From an uncultured Hymenobacter sp. (GTDB taxonomy: Bacteria > Bacteroidota > Bacteroidia > Cytophagales > Hymenobacteraceae), in NCBI GenBank assembly GCA_964242365.1, contig CAXTCS010000001.1, positions 1-51,627 on the forward strand: a stretch of 51,627 nucleotides of DNA, given 5' to 3'. This document shows positions 49,510-51,627 of this stretch, piece by piece (the first letter of the stretch is position 1; the number at the start of each line of letters is the position of its first letter). Both the position numbers and the translations under genes were made by a program. The notes beneath the pieces were generated by a model. That model did not search any database. It saw nothing but the letters and a program-made list of their open reading frames with translations, and was not told the DNA's origin.

Positions 49510-50917
49510 TGACCGGCAGCCACGCGCAAAACTCGGTGTGGCCCGGCCGCGAGCTTACTTCCAGCCGCCCATTGTGTTGTTTGATGATGCGTTGGGCGAT
49601 GTCCAGCCCGAGCCCCGAGCCCGCGCCGGCCTGCTTAGTCGTGTAAAACGGCTCGAAGATGTGCGGCAGCACCGCGGCCGGAATGCCCGAGCCGTTGTCA
49701 ATCAAAAATACGCGCACGAAATCGCCTTCGCGGCGGGCACTCAGCTTGATTTCGCCGCCCTGGGCCGGCAGCGCGTCGATGGCGTTGTCGAGCAGGTTGG
49801 TCCACACCTGGTTGAGGCTGCTGACCTGGCCGCGTATTTGGGGCAGGTCGGGCGCGTAGTCGCGCGTGAGGCGCACGTTTTTCTGGCGCAGCTGGAAGCC
49901 CAGCATGTTGAGCGTGCTGTCGAGGCCAGCGGTAACATCGAGCAGCTCGAAGCCGCCGTCGCGGTCCATGTGCGAGTAGGTTTTCACGTCGGCCACCAGC
50001 TGGCTGATGCGGCTGCCCGCCTCCTGCACGTCGCGGATGAGCTGGAGGGTGGTTTGCTGGCCTTCGAGCCAGGCAAACGCGGCGGGGCGCGCGGCGCGCG
50101 GCAGCACTTCGGCCGCGGCGGCCAGGGTCTTTTCCGTCAGGCCCATTTCGAGCAGGGTGGGCGCCAGGCGAAAGCCCTCGGCCACGCCCTGGGTCACCAG
50201 CCAGTCGGCCAGCCCGTCTTCGCGCTCCGAGCGCTCCAGCGGCGACAGGCGCGGGGCGGGCGGGTCGGTGGCGGGCACGGGCGCCGCCAGCGCCGCGAAG
50301 GCATACAGGGCCGTTGCGTCGGGGCTGAGTTCCAGCAGCTCGCGCAGCCGCTGGGGCTGCGTGGCCGCGCGCTGGGCCAGGGCCTGGGCGGCGCGGGCAA
50401 TGGCGGCGGCGGGGTTGTTGAGCTCGTGCGCCAGGCCGGCCGAGAGCTTGCCCAGGGCGCGCAGCTTGTCGTCGCGCTCCTGGCCCCGGGCTTCGTCCCG
50501 CACGCGGTCGCTCATCACGCCCACCAGCCGCTGCACCAGCTCGGGGCTGACGTGCTCCAGGTCGGGAAAAAGGTTGCGGTGCAGCAGAAAAAGCGACGTT
50601 TCGCCCACGGCCGTCCCAAAGCCCCGGATAACGCGCAGCCGCGAATAAGGCAGCACGCCGCTCACCTGGCCCTTTTCTACCCGAAACCGGGGCTCCCGGC
50701 TGGCATTTTGCACGGTGTAGAACTGGAGGCCGCCTTCCAGCACCGCTATCATGAACTCGGCCGGGTCGCCGGGGTTGAGCACGGGGGCGCCGTCGGCAAA
50801 GTCGCGCCGCTCGCCGTGGGCCAGCAGCCAGTCGAGGGTTTCGGCCGGCAGGTCGTTGAAAGCCGTGATGACCGTGAGGTCGGTAGCGACGGGAGCGGGA
50901 GAAGCAGTCATATCCAC
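49493..50917 (-). CDS. Soluble sensor histidine kinase with N-terminal cNMP-binding-like domain
   Basis: H-box LAHELNNP, N-box NQVWTNLLDNA, DNGSGIP, IFEPFYTTK, GSGLGL; no TM segment. Confidence 0.93.
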   Translation of the reverse strand: MDMTASPAPVATDLTVITAFNDLPAETLDWLLAHGERRDFADGAPVLNPGDPAEFMIAVLEGGLQFYTVQNASREPRFRVEKGQVSGVLPYSRLRVIRGFGTAVGETSLFLLHRNLFPDLEHVSPELVQRLVGVMSDRVRDEARGQERDDKLRALGKLSAGLAHELNNPAAAIARAAQALAQRAATQPQRLRELLELSPDATALYAFAALAAPVPATDPPAPRLSPLERSEREDGLADWLVTQGVAEGFRLAPTLLEMGLTEKTLAAAAEVLPRAARPAAFAWLEGQQTTLQLIRDVQEAGSRISQLVADVKTYSHMDRDGGFELLDVTAGLDSTLNMLGFQLRQKNVRLTRDYAPDLPQIRGQVSSLNQVWTNLLDNAIDALPAQGGEIKLSARREGDFVRVFLIDNGSGIPAAVLPHIFEPFYTTKQAGAGSGLGLDIAQRIIKQHNGRLEVSSRPGHTEFCAWLPVTPLLG

Positions 50918-51188
50918 ACAACACGGTTAAAGGAGCAGATGTTGAGGCGCGTCAGGCTACCTTGCTGCCCAGTTTATTGCCGGCGATAATCAAGATACAT
51001 GGCTATCATTGATTATTTACGCAAGGTAATGCCGGCTATTGCGATACCGCTGCCAGTACCCGCAGCACCCGGCGGGCGGCCAAATAAACGAGCCGAAATC
51101 CGCGCCAATCTGGTTTCCCAGGCAACTTTTTTAGCGACGCGGGCCTTGTAAACTACTGCCTTTACCCCTCAAAAAAGAAGCTCTTTTC

Positions 51189-51627
51189 ATGGCCAAAGCA
51201 AGAACCGTATTTTTCTGTCAGAGCTGCGGCGCGCAGTCGGCCAAGTGGATTGGCCGCTGCCCGGTGTGCGGCGAGTGGAACACCTACGTCGAAGAAGTCG
51301 TCCAGAAAGAAACCGTGGCCACCACCACCGGCCAGTGGAAGCCCGCCAGCACCGTGCCCGGCGGCAACACCAAAAAAGCCGCCAAATCGGTGCCCCTGGG
51401 AGATATCCTGGCCGAAGACGAGCCCCGCATCATCACCCCCGACGCCGAGCTGAACCGCGTGCTCGGCGGCGGCCTCGTGCCCGGCTCCATCGTGCTCATT
51501 GGCGGCGAGCCCGGCATCGGCAAGAGCACGCTCATGCTCCAGATTGCCCTCAGCCTGCGCCAGATGAAGGTGCTCTACGTGAGCGGCGAGGAAAGCGAAG
51601 CCCAGATAAAGATGCGCGCCGAGCGCC
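51189..51627 (+). CDS. radA: DNA repair protein RadA/Sms (partial; runs off the right edge)
   Basis: MAKARTVFFCQSCGAQSAKWIGRCPVCGEWNT zinc finger, ELNRVLGGG, Walker A GGEPGIGKSTL, YVSGEES. Confidence 0.97.
   Translation, partial: MAKARTVFFCQSCGAQSAKWIGRCPVCGEWNTYVEEVVQKETVATTTGQWKPASTVPGGNTKKAAKSVPLGDILAEDEPRIITPDAELNRVLGGGLVPGSIVLIGGEPGIGKSTLMLQIALSLRQMKVLYVSGEESEAQIKMRAER

Overview
High-GC Bacteroidota chromosomal window; gene content and TAnnTTTG promoters are consistent with Hymenobacter/Cytophagales (inference). It is bounded by partial polA (left) and partial radA (right), both missing from the ORF track. In order it holds: a four-gene outer-membrane operon (TonB-dependent receptor, DUF4249-like lipoprotein), a DEDDh nuclease, a LytTR regulator, and a kynurenine tryptophan-catabolic set (kmo, kynU, ACMSD, nbaC, an SDR, 2-aminomuconate semialdehyde dehydrogenase). 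The kynurenine genes are interleaved with a ~22 kb block of six multi-TM GT-C-like glycosyltransferases, three polyprenol-phosphate-sugar-synthase-like GT2s, four paralogous CBM-like lipoproteins, a GH16 with a T9SS-like tail and a methyltransferase. After that come a nucleotide-sugar operon with a repeat after every gene, and a cNMP histidine kinase paired with a receiver-TrxR-like fusion that lacks CxxC. The strongest novelty candidates are (1) the GT-C/lipoprotein surface-glycosylation module, (2) two tandem small ORFs sharing the C-terminus PQL[FY]GHPDI[RL]Y, and (3) a frameshifted nbaC relic with all three predicted iron ligands changed. All family calls come from motif recognition by eye; no database searches were run.
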